DNA from: an uncultured Candidatus Marinamargulisbacteria bacterium
GTDB taxonomy: Bacteria > Margulisbacteria > Riflemargulisbacteria > GWF2-35-9 > CAYUBI01
DNA length: 60,126 nucleotides
Direction of reading: 5' to 3'
Assembly (NCBI GenBank): GCA_964443005.1
Contig: CAYUBI010000002.1
Span: 1 to 60,126 of the forward strand
Below are positions 43,861 through 55,200 of the stretch, piece by piece (the stretch's first letter is position 1; each line of letters begins with the position of its first letter). The notes beneath the pieces were generated by a model that made no database searches, was not told the origin of the DNA, and saw nothing but the letters and a program-made list of their open reading frames with translations. Position numbers and translations under genes: made by a program.

Positions 43861-45759
43861 TTAACCTTGTTTTTTGTTGTGTGTTTTTATGTGGACCAGT
43901 AGAACTGAAATGTCCGCAGGCGTCACGCTTGCCATGCGAGAGGCTTGTCCGACAGTTGTGGGCCGGTGTAGTGCTAGTTTTTCTTTGGCTTCATTGCGAA
44001 AACCTGAAAGCATAGCATAGTCCAAGGTTTCGGGAATAAGTTTGTCGTGAAGATGATGGATGTCGCGTAATTGTTTGGTTTGGCGACCAATGTATTCATC
44101 ATATTTTATTTGGATTTCGACTTGTTCAATAATTGCCGGAGAAAGCCCGTTGAGTAGCTCGGGAAAAAAGGCTTGCAAATGAGAAAGCCGAACATGGACA
44201 CGTTGAAGAAGTGCGTAAAGTGTTGGTTTTCCAGAAATAGATTCTCCAATTTTATGGAAATAATCAATGTTGTCTTGGTTTGCCGTGACTGTATGGCGCA
44301 ATAGTGTTGCGATTGTTGTTTTGATTAAGTCACGTTTTTGGCAAAAGGATTCGTAACGTTCTTTTGAGATTAATCCTATTTTGTGCCCTTCTTCTGTTAA
44401 GCGAAGATCTGCATTGTCTTGTCGTAGCAGTAATCGGTATTCGGAGCGCGAGGTGAACATTCGATACGGTTCTTCAATGTCTTTAGTAATGAGGTCATCA
44501 ATCATGGTTCCAATATATGACGAGGAACGGGCAAGAACAAGGGGCGGTTTGTTTAAGTTTTGACAAGCCGCATTGATTCCTGCAACAATTCCTTGAGCTG
44601 CTGCTTCTTCATATCCGGATGTTCCATTGATTTGGCCTGCACAATATAGCCCGTGAACAGCTTTAGTTTCAAGAGTCGGCAACAATTGATAAGGCTTCAT
44701 AAAGTCGTATTCAACTGCATAGCCAGGCCGTGTTATTTCCGCTTTTTCAAGGCCTGCAATGCTGTGAAGAATCGCTGCTTGAACATCCAAAGGTAACGAG
44801 GTTGATAAGCCTTGCATATAGACTTCATCACTCAGTTCGCTTTCAGGTTCAATAAAGGTTTGATGACGAAGTTTGTCTGCAAAACGGACGGCTTTATCTT
44901 CAATGCTGGGACAATAGCGTGGACCTTTCCCGTTAATCAGCCCTTGATATAACGGTGATCGATCAAGATTCGATAAAATAATTTCATGCGTTTTGGCATT
45001 GGTATAAGCAAGAAAACAAGGAATATTTTTATTTGTAATTGTAGAATCAGTAAATGAAAATCGAGACTTTACTGGGTTGCCGGGTTCTGGCTGAAGATGT
45101 GAAAAGTCAATGCTATTTCTGCGAACACGAGGAGGCGTGCCAGTTTTTAAACGGCCCATGTCAAATCCAGTAGATTTTAAATGATCAGCTAATTGATTCG
45201 CTGGCATTTCCCCTGCCCTTCCAGATTCCATACTAGTTAGCCCAATATGGATTTTCCCTCGTAAAAAGGTGCCAACTGCAAGAATAACACAGGGAGCATG
45301 GTAAGTAATTGCAAAGCTAGTGATAATGCCCTGGATCTGTTGATGTGAATCAATAATTAATTCATTGACCAGTGCTTCGTGCACCCATAAGTTGGGTGTG
45401 TTCATGAGCGTTTTTTTCATTTCAAAATGATAAAGATATTTGTCGCTTTGTGCACGAAGCGAACATACTGCAGGGCCTTTGGATGTGTTCAGCGTTTTCA
45501 TTTGTAAAGCTGTAGCATCTGTTGTAATTGCCATTTGTCCGCCCAGAGCGTCAATTTCGTGAACGAGTTGTGATTTTGCTGGGCCGCCGATTGCTGGATT
45601 GCATGGCATCCATGCAATTTTATCCAGAGAAATGGTTAATACAAGGGTTTTACACCCTAATCGTGCAGCAGCTAGTGCTGCTTCGCATCCGGCATGTCCA
45701 GCACCAACAACAATAACGTCAAAACTAGAATAGGGAGGGCAGTCCGAATTGGTATTCAA
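43861..45759 (-). CDS. mnmG: tRNA uridine 5-carboxymethylaminomethyl modification enzyme MnmG (GidA)
   Basis: [27 protein letters not shown] and [17 protein letters not shown], with full-length family resemblance. Confidence 0.95.
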   Translation of the reverse strand: MNTNSDCPPYSSFDVIVVGAGHAGCEAALAAARLGCKTLVLTISLDKIAWMPCNPAIGGPAKSQLVHEIDALGGQMAITTDATALQMKTLNTSKGPAVCSLRAQSDKYLYHFEMKKTLMNTPNLWVHEALVNELIIDSHQQIQGIITSFAITYHAPCVILAVGTFLRGKIHIGLTSMESGRAGEMPANQLADHLKSTGFDMGRLKTGTPPRVRRNSIDFSHLQPEPGNPVKSRFSFTDSTITNKNIPCFLAYTNAKTHEIILSNLDRSPLYQGLINGKGPRYCPSIEDKAVRFADKLRHQTFIEPESELSDEVYMQGLSTSLPLDVQAAILHSIAGLEKAEITRPGYAVEYDFMKPYQLLPTLETKAVHGLYCAGQINGTSGYEEAAAQGIVAGINAACQNLNKPPLVLARSSSYIGTMIDDLITKDIEEPYRMFTSRSEYRLLLRQDNADLRLTEEGHKIGLISKERYESFCQKRDLIKTTIATLLRHTVTANQDNIDYFHKIGESISGKPTLYALLQRVHVRLSHLQAFFPELLNGLSPAIIEQVEIQIKYDEYIGRQTKQLRDIHHLHDKLIPETLDYAMLSGFRNEAKEKLALHRPTTVGQASRMASVTPADISVLLVHIKTHNKKQG

Positions 45760-46834
45760 AAGTATATGTTTCCGGCTGATTTCCTACTTTGCGATAATTA
45801 GTAATTAATGTTTGCCAACTATTTACTTTGTAATAAAATTTACCAGTCCACACCTCGTCATTAGTTGGGAAAACTTTTTCATATTGAATGAGTCCTGAGG
45901 TATTATTGATTTCCTTAAAAACAAAAGCTCCTTTTAAATAGGGTTGTTGGCTGGCATAAGCAGTATAGCCGATTGATGCTTTTGCAAAGGATAGTAGGTC
46001 AAAGGTTAATCCACCAAACCAGCCACTAGCTGCAGGAGAGGTTAAGTTTAGGTTAATGGGGGATACTTCATGTGTAGAATTAAAATACGCAGGAACAAAG
46101 TTTTCTTGAAAATTACGTAGTTCAAGCCTGCCTTCAGCTAACGAAAAAAGTTTTGCATTAATTCCTGTAGCTAAGCCAGTGGACTTGTTTGATAATCCGC
46201 CATATTCCATATACACACTCATAATGTCGTCTATAATGCTAACCCCAATGTCGCCTGCATAGCCATAAGTGTTGCGTTGATCGTCTCGCAGATAGGTGCC
46301 TCCAAGAATTAGTGGCTTTTCAATGATAGGAACTTTTGCGAAATCGTAGGTTAATCTGCCGCCATAAACGTTGCTGGCTGTGCTTAGTGCATATATTCCA
46401 AACGGGCTAAAGTTTTTGCTGTAGGCTTTAATGCCGCCTTGATCTGAAGAAAACGAACCTGTGCTAGCTGTTTTGAGTGTTGTATAACGGTCGCAAATTA
46501 GGCCATATCCATAATTGATATTGTCTAATACGCCATATCGTAGGCCAAAGGTTTGATTGTCATATTCAGAATATCGAAAAACTAGCCAGTCTAGTCCAGA
46601 ATCTGCTCGTTTGCTGTCTGGCAAAACAAGGTTTAAATTAACTCCGAGTCCAAAATCTCCAAGATGGACTTCAGGCGCTAGTCCAAGGTTATAGGCTGTG
46701 TCATTGCTTTTTGTTTTGAGTACCATAAATGACAAGGCTGTTCCTGGTTTTTCCAGGTCTGCCAGGCTAAGATCCCCATATCCTGCATAACCTAACACGC
46801 TACATATGACTATTGTTGCTATCCACTTCTTCAT
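45725..46834 (-). CDS. Putative outer-membrane beta-barrel protein (unknown family)
   Basis: The start is set at [18 protein letters not shown] (a signal peptide, with AGGAGG 6 nt upstream). The sequence is a Y/G/N/T-rich alternating pattern. The C-terminus ...[11 protein letters not shown] ends in Phe as in OMP barrels. Confidence 0.5.
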   Translation of the reverse strand: MKKWIATIVICSVLGYAGYGDLSLADLEKPGTALSFMVLKTKSNDTAYNLGLAPEVHLGDFGLGVNLNLVLPDSKRADSGLDWLVFRYSEYDNQTFGLRYGVLDNINYGYGLICDRYTTLKTASTGSFSSDQGGIKAYSKNFSPFGIYALSTASNVYGGRLTYDFAKVPIIEKPLILGGTYLRDDQRNTYGYAGDIGVSIIDDIMSVYMEYGGLSNKSTGLATGINAKLFSLAEGRLELRNFQENFVPAYFNSTHEVSPINLNLTSPAASGWFGGLTFDLLSFAKASIGYTAYASQQPYLKGAFVFKEINNTSGLIQYEKVFPTNDEVWTGKFYYKVNSWQTLITNYRKVGNQPETYTFEYQFGLPSLF

Positions 46835-46992
46835 TCCGAACCTCCTGAAAAAATCATAATATAATTTCATTATAGGGAGTGAAAGCAATAATTTCAATGG
46901 TACCTTGAATTTATCATTTTGCTTGTCTATTAAACATTTTAAAAATACGTTATAGTAAACTAATATGAACGCTTAATGAAGAAAGGACTTTT

Positions 46993-47577
46993 ATGAGACA
47001 AACAAGTATTTGCCGAAAAACCAATGAAACAGATATTACGCTATCGTTGATTGTTGATGGTATAGGTACGAGTACCATTGATTCTGGAATCAAATTTCTA
47101 GATCATATGTTAGCATTGTTTTGTAAACATGGATTTTTTGATATGAGCTTGTTGGTGAATGGAGATCTGGGCGTTGATGGGCATCACACAGTTGAGGATA
47201 TTGGCATTGTTTTGGGGCAAGCACTGTCGCAAGCAGTGGGTGATAAAAAAGGCATTCGGCGTTATGCTCAGGTGATTTTGCCAATGGATGAGGCCTTGGT
47301 TATGGCAGCAATTGATGTTTCAGGTCGTGCATTTTTAGGATTTGAGGCATGTTTGCTACGAGAAAAAACAGGTGATTTTGATACAGATTTAGTTGAAGAA
47401 TTCCTGAAGGCGTTTGTGCAACATGCTGCAGTAACGTTACATATTCAGGTTATGAAGGGTCAAAATACACATCATATTATTGAGGGCATATTTAAAGCCT
47501 TAGCTAAAGTAGTTGATTTGGCTACGCAATTTGAAGTACGCGAAACTGGCATTCCATCAACTAAAGGACGGTTATAA
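46993..47577 (+). CDS. hisB: Imidazoleglycerol-phosphate dehydratase
   Basis: IKFLDHML and DGHHTVEDIGIVLGQAL, then a second HH motif (NTHHIIEGIFKALA). Confidence 0.9.
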   Translation: MRQTSICRKTNETDITLSLIVDGIGTSTIDSGIKFLDHMLALFCKHGFFDMSLLVNGDLGVDGHHTVEDIGIVLGQALSQAVGDKKGIRRYAQVILPMDEALVMAAIDVSGRAFLGFEACLLREKTGDFDTDLVEEFLKAFVQHAAVTLHIQVMKGQNTHHIIEGIFKALAKVVDLATQFEVRETGIPSTKGRL

Positions 47578-47584
47578 AATTAAA

Positions 47585-48106
47585 ATGAAAAAAATTTTAA
47601 CGGATATTAATATTGACCGGATGATTAAGAAAATGGCGCATGAGATTATGGAAGAGATTGATGATTTTAATGAAGTTGTTGTGATTGGTATTTTACAGGG
47701 CGGACGAGTATTGGCTCAACGATTAGCCTCAGTAATGGCTCAGGAATTAAGCCGGATTATTCCTGTTGGATTTGTGGATGTAACGTTTTATCGGGACGAT
47801 ATTCATCGTGGAACTTTAAAAGCAGCTTGCGAATCAACCATTGCTTTTGATATTAATGATAAGCACGTAATTTTAGTTGATGATGTGTTGTTTAGCGGCC
47901 GTACAGTTCGCGCAGCTTTAAATGCGTTGAATGATTTTGGTCGCCCTAGTCATATCAAATTGGCTGTACTAATTGATCGCGGAAACAGAGAGCTTCCTAT
48001 TAATGCTGATTTTGTTGGCAAAAAGATGACCCCTACCAAAACAGCGAACATCACTGTACAATTCAGCGACCAGAAAATGGACGATGTCATCATAATAGAG
48101 GAATAA
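47585..48106 (+). CDS. pyrR: Bifunctional pyrimidine operon regulator / uracil phosphoribosyltransferase PyrR
   Basis: VVIGILQGG and the PRPP loop VILVDDVLFSGRTVRAAL, then IDRGNRELPI. The start is set at MKKILTD (47585). The upstream extension of the ORF overlaps hisB. Confidence 0.85.
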   Translation: MKKILTDINIDRMIKKMAHEIMEEIDDFNEVVVIGILQGGRVLAQRLASVMAQELSRIIPVGFVDVTFYRDDIHRGTLKAACESTIAFDINDKHVILVDDVLFSGRTVRAALNALNDFGRPSHIKLAVLIDRGNRELPINADFVGKKMTPTKTANITVQFSDQKMDDVIIIEE

Positions 48107-48109
48107 AAC

Positions 48110-49963
48110 ATGATAAATCAAGAAAAAAAGCCAGTTAAAGCAAAAGAAAAATTACCAATTACGCCCAAAAAGAAAACCCCTTTGACTGGACGAAATGTAT
48201 TGTTATGGGTTGCAATTTTTTTGGCAGTGCTTGCCATGTTTTCGCCATTATTGAATGATCATACTGTTTATGAGCCCATGTCGTTTTCTGATTTATTGAT
48301 TCATGTTGAAAAAGGCGAGGTAATGGTTGTTAAAGTAAATGTTGGCAATTCTACAGTTCGTGGAAAGCTAAAAGGTGGGCAAACGTTTAAAACTGCAATC
48401 ATGAATTATCCTGATTTTGTTCCACAGTTGCGGCAATCCGGGGCTAAAATTGAAGTGGATTCTCAGGAAAACAATTTTTTGATTGATATGTTTTTGCAGT
48501 TTTTGCCATTTTTGTTAATTATTGGTATTTGGTTTTTTGTGTTTAAACAAGCGCAAGGTGTGAATAATCAAGCTATTTCTTTTGGAAAAATGCGATCAAA
48601 AGCAAAACAACAAGAAGAGAGTAAAACAAAGTTTAAAGACATTGGCGGCATTGCAGAGGCTGTTGAAGAATTAAAGGAAATTGTTGATTTCTTAAAAGAA
48701 CCAGCTAAGTATCAAAAACTAGGTGCACGCATTCCGAAAGGTGTACTGTTAATGGGTGCTCCAGGAACAGGAAAAACGTTGTTAGCTAAAGGAATCGCCG
48801 GAGAAGCTGATGCCAGTTTTTTTAATTTAAGTGGTTCAGAATTTGTCGAAATGTTCGTGGGTGTGGGTGCAAGTCGAGTTCGGGATTTGTTTGCTCAGGC
48901 TAAAAAAGTTCAGCCGTCTATTATTTTTATTGATGAAATTGATGCAGTCGGGCGTCATCGTGGCGCTGGCGTAGGTGGCGGGCATGATGAGCGCGAACAA
49001 ACACTCAATCAATTATTGATTGAGCTAGATGGCTTTGAGTCTACGGATTCTGTTATTGTTATTGCTGCAACAAATCGGCCAGATATTTTGGACAAAGCCT
49101 TGTTGCGACCTGGAAGATTTGATCGTCAAATTGTGATTGATATTCCTGATGTTAAAGGTCGTGAAGAGATTTTAGCTATTCATATGAAAGAAAAGAAAAT
49201 TAATAAAGATGTTGACGAAAAAGTGTTGGCGCGACGAACGCCTGGGTTTACAGGTGCAGATTTGGCAAATTTAGTTAATGAAGGCGCTTTGCTGGCTGCT
49301 CGTCGTAACAAGCGGTCTGTGTCCTTGGAAGAGCTTGAAGAATCCATAGATCGGGTTATGGCTGGGCCTGCGAAAAAAAGCAAAATGATTGAACAACAAG
49401 AAAAAACAGTTATCGCTTATCATGAAACTGGACATGCCGTGGTTGCAAAAATGCTAAAAAGTACAGATCCTGTTCATAAAATTTCAATTTTGCCTCGGGG
49501 CATGGCTTTAGGTTATACCTTGCAATTGCCGGAAAAAGATAAATATTTGATTCCCAAGCAAGATTTAATGAATCAAATTATTATTTTTATGGGCGGACGT
49601 GCTGCAGAAGAAATTATTATTCATGAAATTACAACAGGTGCTTCAAATGATATTAAACGAGCAACAGAAACTGCGCAAAAAATAGTTTGTGAGTATGGCA
49701 TGAGCAAATTGGGCAATCGAACGTTTGGTAAGCGCCAAGAACAGGTGTTTTTAGGTAGAGATATTTCAGATCATTCCAAAGATTATGGCAATGACTTAGC
49801 CAATCGAATTGATGTAGAAATTACATCGATTATTGATGAAAGCTATGAAAAAGCAAAAGAAATAATTTTGAAAAACTTGCCAATTGTGAAGAAAATCGTG
49901 GATTATCTTCTTGAGCATGAAGTCATGGATTCTGAAACATTTAATAGTTATTTCGCAGCGTAA
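48110..49963 (+). CDS. ftsH: ATP-dependent zinc metalloprotease FtsH
   Basis: Two N-terminal transmembrane segments, Walker A GAPGTGKT, Walker [10 protein letters not shown], second region of homology (SRH) [19 protein letters not shown], and zinc site HETGHAV. Confidence 0.95.
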   Translation: MINQEKKPVKAKEKLPITPKKKTPLTGRNVLLWVAIFLAVLAMFSPLLNDHTVYEPMSFSDLLIHVEKGEVMVVKVNVGNSTVRGKLKGGQTFKTAIMNYPDFVPQLRQSGAKIEVDSQENNFLIDMFLQFLPFLLIIGIWFFVFKQAQGVNNQAISFGKMRSKAKQQEESKTKFKDIGGIAEAVEELKEIVDFLKEPAKYQKLGARIPKGVLLMGAPGTGKTLLAKGIAGEADASFFNLSGSEFVEMFVGVGASRVRDLFAQAKKVQPSIIFIDEIDAVGRHRGAGVGGGHDEREQTLNQLLIELDGFESTDSVIVIAATNRPDILDKALLRPGRFDRQIVIDIPDVKGREEILAIHMKEKKINKDVDEKVLARRTPGFTGADLANLVNEGALLAARRNKRSVSLEELEESIDRVMAGPAKKSKMIEQQEKTVIAYHETGHAVVAKMLKSTDPVHKISILPRGMALGYTLQLPEKDKYLIPKQDLMNQIIIFMGGRAAEEIIIHEITTGASNDIKRATETAQKIVCEYGMSKLGNRTFGKRQEQVFLGRDISDHSKDYGNDLANRIDVEITSIIDESYEKAKEIILKNLPIVKKIVDYLLEHEVMDSETFNSYFAA

Positions 49964-49985
49964 AAGCTTAGTCTAAGCCTCCCTG

Positions 49986-50116
49986 CCCCCATCCCCAGCC
50001 CTTCCCCATCTTCATGGTGAAGGGAGCAAAACTCGTTTATCGTATTCATAACATTTTCCTTATAACTCTTCACCATGAAGATGGGGAAGATGTCTGCTTC
50101 GGCAGACAGATGGGGG
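49986..50116. other. G+C-rich nested inverted-repeat element (candidate structured RNA or mobile/recombination site) downstream of ftsH
   Basis: A 22-bp perfect inverted repeat: 50001-50022 (CTTCCCCATCTTCATGGTGAAG) pairs with 50068-50089. An adjacent 7-bp stem has a TTCG loop (50091-50108, TGTCTGC-TTCG-GCAGACA). An outer 8-bp pairing joins CCCCCATC (49986-49993) to GATGGGGG (50109-50116). No T-run follows. Confidence 0.5.
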
Positions 50117-50312
50117 GATGTGTTGGTTAGTTTATTATTTCCTTAATTTTCTTTAGGTATGTTTAGAATTAAAAAGCTGGGGCATAACCTAAATATATCA
50201 ACAAATATAATATGATCCAAATGCATCTAAAAATATAGATACATTATTTGGTTTGTTAGTTGCGATTACTAAAATTGATAATGAATATGTGGATTAATTT
50301 AGGGGGGCATAT

Positions 50313-51575
50313 ATGAATAATAATAGGCTGCAAGGAAGCCTGAAAAACGTACATAAAGGAAAACAGCTCCTTGTTTTTTTAATAGCAGCTATGCTGTTGC
50401 AGAGTGGGCTATTTGTCAATGCAATTGAAGGTGGAGATGCTTCAGCCTTTTTGAGTTATGGCGGCAATGCACGCAGCTTGGCAATGGGCGGAGCTTTTGT
50501 TGGTTTGGCTAATGATGCGAGTGCTGCATACTGGAATCCAGCTGCTTTAACTCAAATTAAAGCGTTTCAATCTTCGTTTTTAGTAACTCCCTTGTACGAT
50601 TTTTATACGTATTCAGCTTATAATTTTGCAGTGCCTATGGTTGATCAATCCATTGGACTGTCGATTGTGTCCTTAATGTCTAAAGATATGGAAAAACGAG
50701 ATGCCTACAATATTAATACTGGATCTTTTCAGGATTCACGGTTGTCAATTGGGTTATCTGCTGGCAAAGTTATTCTTCCTGCAGTTTCTTTAGGATTTAG
50801 CGGTAAATATATAACGCGCACCTTGGATACTAATTCGGATTCTCGAATTGTGGGTGATTTTGGACTTTTATATACTCCACTGTCGTTTTTATCTATTGGA
50901 TTTACCTTTAAAAACATTATGGATTTTCAGTTAGATCAAAATAGTAAAGATAAATTTGCAACTGTTATGCGGGCGGGAATTGCGTATAAAATCCGAAACT
51001 TGAATATAGCTGTTGATGTAGAAGACAACATGAATCAGTGGTTTTTGGGAGTTGAGTATTTATTGCATCCTATGGTGATATTGCGCGCAGGCATGAGCTA
51101 TTATTCTGTTGGATTTGGCGTAGGCGTTAATGTAGGCGATATTAATTTTGATTATTGTTATAGTACAGATGAATTAGGTGCAAATCATCGGTTTTCATTA
51201 AATTTGGGAATTGGTTCAATTATATCGGGTGCACAGAATTCAAAAGCTATGGAATGGTATGATGGAAGTATTCGGAAATATCAAAGCGGCTTTTTCTTGT
51301 TAGCTTTGGAAGAAATGCGTAAAGCTTATAATTTATTTCCGGAAAATGAAGAAATTCAAAAACGACTTCAAAAACTGGAGAAACTAGAAAATCTAAGCGA
51401 AAAACTGGACCTAGATATTAATCGAGAAAAAACTGCATGGCAATTGTACGAATTAGCACGTAAGGCAGTTATAGAAAAACGAATGTCGGATGCTATAGAA
51501 ATCACGAAAAAAGCATTGAAGATCTATCCACAAAATGCCTTTTTATCCAGTTATTTAGATCAGTTGACAAAATAA
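50313..51575 (+). CDS. Outer-membrane beta-barrel protein (PorV/FadL-like N-terminal signature) with a C-terminal TPR/coiled-coil extension
   Basis: A signal peptide is followed by GGNARSLAMGGAFVGLANDASAAYWNPAALTQ, a motif characteristic of PorV/PorP-SprF/FadL-like barrels. The last ~110 aa are helical and TPR-like. The Shine-Dalgarno sequence is AGGGGGG. Confidence 0.45.
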   Translation: MNNNRLQGSLKNVHKGKQLLVFLIAAMLLQSGLFVNAIEGGDASAFLSYGGNARSLAMGGAFVGLANDASAAYWNPAALTQIKAFQSSFLVTPLYDFYTYSAYNFAVPMVDQSIGLSIVSLMSKDMEKRDAYNINTGSFQDSRLSIGLSAGKVILPAVSLGFSGKYITRTLDTNSDSRIVGDFGLLYTPLSFLSIGFTFKNIMDFQLDQNSKDKFATVMRAGIAYKIRNLNIAVDVEDNMNQWFLGVEYLLHPMVILRAGMSYYSVGFGVGVNVGDINFDYCYSTDELGANHRFSLNLGIGSIISGAQNSKAMEWYDGSIRKYQSGFFLLALEEMRKAYNLFPENEEIQKRLQKLEKLENLSEKLDLDINREKTAWQLYELARKAVIEKRMSDAIEITKKALKIYPQNAFLSSYLDQLTK

Positions 51576-51593
51576 AATGAGTGGAGTCGGAAT

Positions 51594-52169
51594 ATGAACT
51601 TTAAAGATGCGTATCCATTAATAATGCTAACGTTATTTTTAGGATTGATTGTGCCGTGGACTGCGATAAGCGAAGAATCCTCTGATCAGATTGCAAAAGA
51701 TTTGCAAGATCAAAAAGCAGTTTTTAAATCCTTGTCCTCGTTTGTTGATGATAATCCGTTAGCTACAGACGAGTTAGAATATGTTGTTTCGCAAAAAGAA
51801 GAAAATGCCAGAAAAAAAATGGAAATATTGTTGATTCAGGCTGCTGATAATTCCATAGCTTCAAAAAATTCTGCGCAAGAAATAGAGTTATCTGGAGGAA
51901 CCGTTGATTATATTACTCGAAAATTAAATTTAAGTTTAGTTTATTTTTATGAGTCCAAATACTGGTTAACAGTGAAAGAATGTGATAATGTAATAAAAGT
52001 ACAGCCGTCCAATGCCTTAGCTTGGACACGAAGGGGATCTGCTCATTTTATGCTAGGAGACTATAAGGCAGCTATTCAAGATTGGCAAATAGCACTCAAG
52101 TTAAAGCCAAGTCCTAGGCAAGAACAAGAGCTAATTGCATATATTAGTCGAATTAATTCGTATCAATAA
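51594..52169 (+). CDS. Secreted/periplasmic TPR-repeat protein
   Basis: N-terminal signal/transmembrane segment LIMLTLFLGLIVPWTAIS. TPR units: NALAWTRRGSAHFMLGDYKAAIQDWQIALKLKPS. Confidence 0.6.
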   Translation: MNFKDAYPLIMLTLFLGLIVPWTAISEESSDQIAKDLQDQKAVFKSLSSFVDDNPLATDELEYVVSQKEENARKKMEILLIQAADNSIASKNSAQEIELSGGTVDYITRKLNLSLVYFYESKYWLTVKECDNVIKVQPSNALAWTRRGSAHFMLGDYKAAIQDWQIALKLKPSPRQEQELIAYISRINSYQ

Positions 52170-52249
52170 ACCTAGGGTTGTTAGTACGAAATCAGTTTAT
52201 TCGTAGATAATGATTTTAAGGCTATAGCTTTTTGAGAGGTAGGTAGCAC

Positions 52250-55200
52250 ATGAATAATCGCACAGGAGCGAAACAGTCTCTTTTTGTGTGGTTCATTTTC
52301 GTGATAGGTGTGTTCTCATTTTCCGTTGCTGCAGCTAATACCTTTACCGTAGATGGAAAGGATTCTTTGTATTGGTTTATTGGCAAACAACATGTGTTAA
52401 CAATGACTGGAGTACCTTTACAAACAGTTGAAATTACGGAGGGTAGCAATCCTTTTATTAAATTAAGTTGTGATGCAAGTGCAAGTAGTCCCTATTGTGT
52501 TGTTGTTGCCGGAGGCGCGGAAATACAGGTGGATTCTGGAACGCAATTTAATAATGGAATTTGGACTATTAAGTTGACAATTCCTTGGACTGCTTCATCG
52601 TGGGCGCCTTTTTCTTTGTATTCATTAACCGATTTTTCAGATTCTTTCACGTTTACGAATCAACTTAAAGTGCAAGCATTAGTCGTTGCTGCTGATGCAG
52701 ATGTTTCCTATTATAACGGAACCTATTGGTTTAAAGGCGGTATCGGTTATTTTGAAAATGGTTTGGTTATTTCTGGAAATGTTATTTATGATACACTGAG
52801 TACGCAGCTAAGCATTCATCCTCCAGCAGGATCTATTATTGCTAATTTATATTGGGATAATCAGAAAGCGGATATTTCTGATGCTACAGATATAGAGGGG
52901 GATTTTGCGTTTTATTCCGGATATCTTCCCATTGCTGCAACTGGTATTTCTATTAATTTTCCAGTAAAGGTTGTTTTAGGCAATTTAGGCAATGGCGTGC
53001 ATGGTATAGGGAATGAAACAGTTAATCCTTTTTATGTTAATATTGACAATCAAGCCCCAGTCTTGAATCAAGAACACGTTATTTTGGAACCTGACTTAAC
53101 TGATAATGGCAATGATGGTATCGTTCCAAATATCGGCTGGTATGATCAGCCTACGGTTTCTGTACAAATGGACCATTTGGGTTCCGCAATTGATGATGGT
53201 GTTGGTATGGCTGACACGTATTATGTGTTTAATGAGATTCTGGCTGATAAATCGCAATCCGTTGCTTTAACCATTCCAGAAGGTGTTAGCCGAACAATTA
53301 CTGTAAAAGTGATGGATAGAGTTGGTAATTACATAGCAACTACTGTTAATGTTAATGTTGATATGACAGCACCTAATGTGTTTTCCGTTGCGCTTCGGCC
53401 AGATACAGACAATCTCTTTGCACCGTATCAGGTAACCCCAGATGCAGGATGGTATAATGATGATACTATTGATTTTGAGTGGGTGACTCCGTTAGATGCT
53501 ATTGGCAGATTGCGTGCTATGCCGTATCAGGTAAAAAGTGATTATGAATCTGTAACGTATTGCGCTAAAGCAGGTTCAGTATTTACCGAAGGTGCTTTTC
53601 AAGCAACAACTAATGTAACGGGATTAAGAACGAGTAGCCAAGGAATCAATCCTATTAAATTGTTTGTGCGCGCTATTGACGAAGCTGGAAATGTACGAGA
53701 GGCTTATACAACAGTCAAGGTTGATACGCAAAAACCTGTGATTAATTATGTGACGTTATTGCCAGATACCACCTTTAAAACCGGCAACCAAAAACCTGAT
53801 ATTGGCTGGTATAATGATGGTACTGAAGTGCAGTGGAGATGGAGCGCAGTAGATAATGGCGAAAAAGCCTCCCTACCCTATCGGTATCGAAACTTAAATG
53901 GATCCAAAACAACTACAAATATAGGCTGGGAATTTGGCAATGTAGGCTGGACAAATGTAGAAACAATTCTTGTACCTACGTCAGAAGCACCAACAGGTAA
54001 TTATTTTGAATTATGGGTAAAAGATAAAGCCGGAAATATTGTTACGCAAACAGCGCTTGTTTATGTTGATGAAACACCGCCCTTGTTAAATTATTATAAT
54101 ATAACGTTTATACCTGATACGCAAAGTCATCCAGAGATTCCACCGTTTTTTGATCCAACGCACAACAATGTATGGTATGCAAAGCCTACTATTGATTTTG
54201 TATTAACTTGGAATGTGGGTGTAGAAGCTGGAGGCATGGCTTCTTTTAATGTAAAATCAGATACAGATATTGGTTGGATTTCTCAAGCAATTTCGAATCC
54301 CACGTTTAATGGATTTACCGTAGTTCCTCGCGACAGAAGCCCGATTATTATGACTGCGTTATTTTCGGATCATGCTGGATGGACCGTTCAAAAAAATGCA
54401 GCAGTCTATGTTGATGTTACACCACCTCAATTATTTCCGTTATATTTAATTGCAGATACAGACAGTAATAGTGATGGCATTGGTCCAGAGTTAGGCTGGT
54501 ATGATGATCGTACAATTGATTTTAATTGGGATGCGCCATTGGATAGCGGATTATTACGTTCTTTGCCTTATCAGTATAAGATTGGTACGGGTGATTGGCA
54601 GGCTTGGCAAACTAATTTGAAAGTTGAGAATTTGTTGGTTACAGCAGGCTTAGGCATTACTGTGTCAGTTCAGGCTGTTGATATGGCAGGAAACAGCGTA
54701 TCCAATTCGTTTGTTATGAATATTGATACTGTTGCGCCAATAGGATCTTTCTCGTTTATTATTGTTACTGAAACTGTTCAAACAACCCGAAGTGGCATTA
54801 CTCCAGATGCTGGCTGGTATGATAATAATGGCGTGACTGTGATGATTCCAACTTATAATTTGAATGATACGGGTGGCTTGCGTGAGGTAGCAGCAGGACG
54901 ATATTTTTTTAAAAATGATCTTGGAAAAATTAATTTTGGAGAAGGCAGCGTTGCTGCTTCTGCAACTATTTATACAGTTGAAGGCGGGTCAACGTTGCGG
55001 TATTTTACTGCAGCCATTGCAGATCATGCAGGTAATGTGATACAAAAAAATGCGTATAGTTATGTTGACATAAATTCGCCGCAGCGTTTTCATGTGACCA
55101 TTAAACCAGATGCAGGCGCTAATGGTTTTGTGCCGCAAACCGGATGGTATCAACGTACTACTGTAAATTTTCAATGGGATGCTGCGCCAGATGATGGGAT

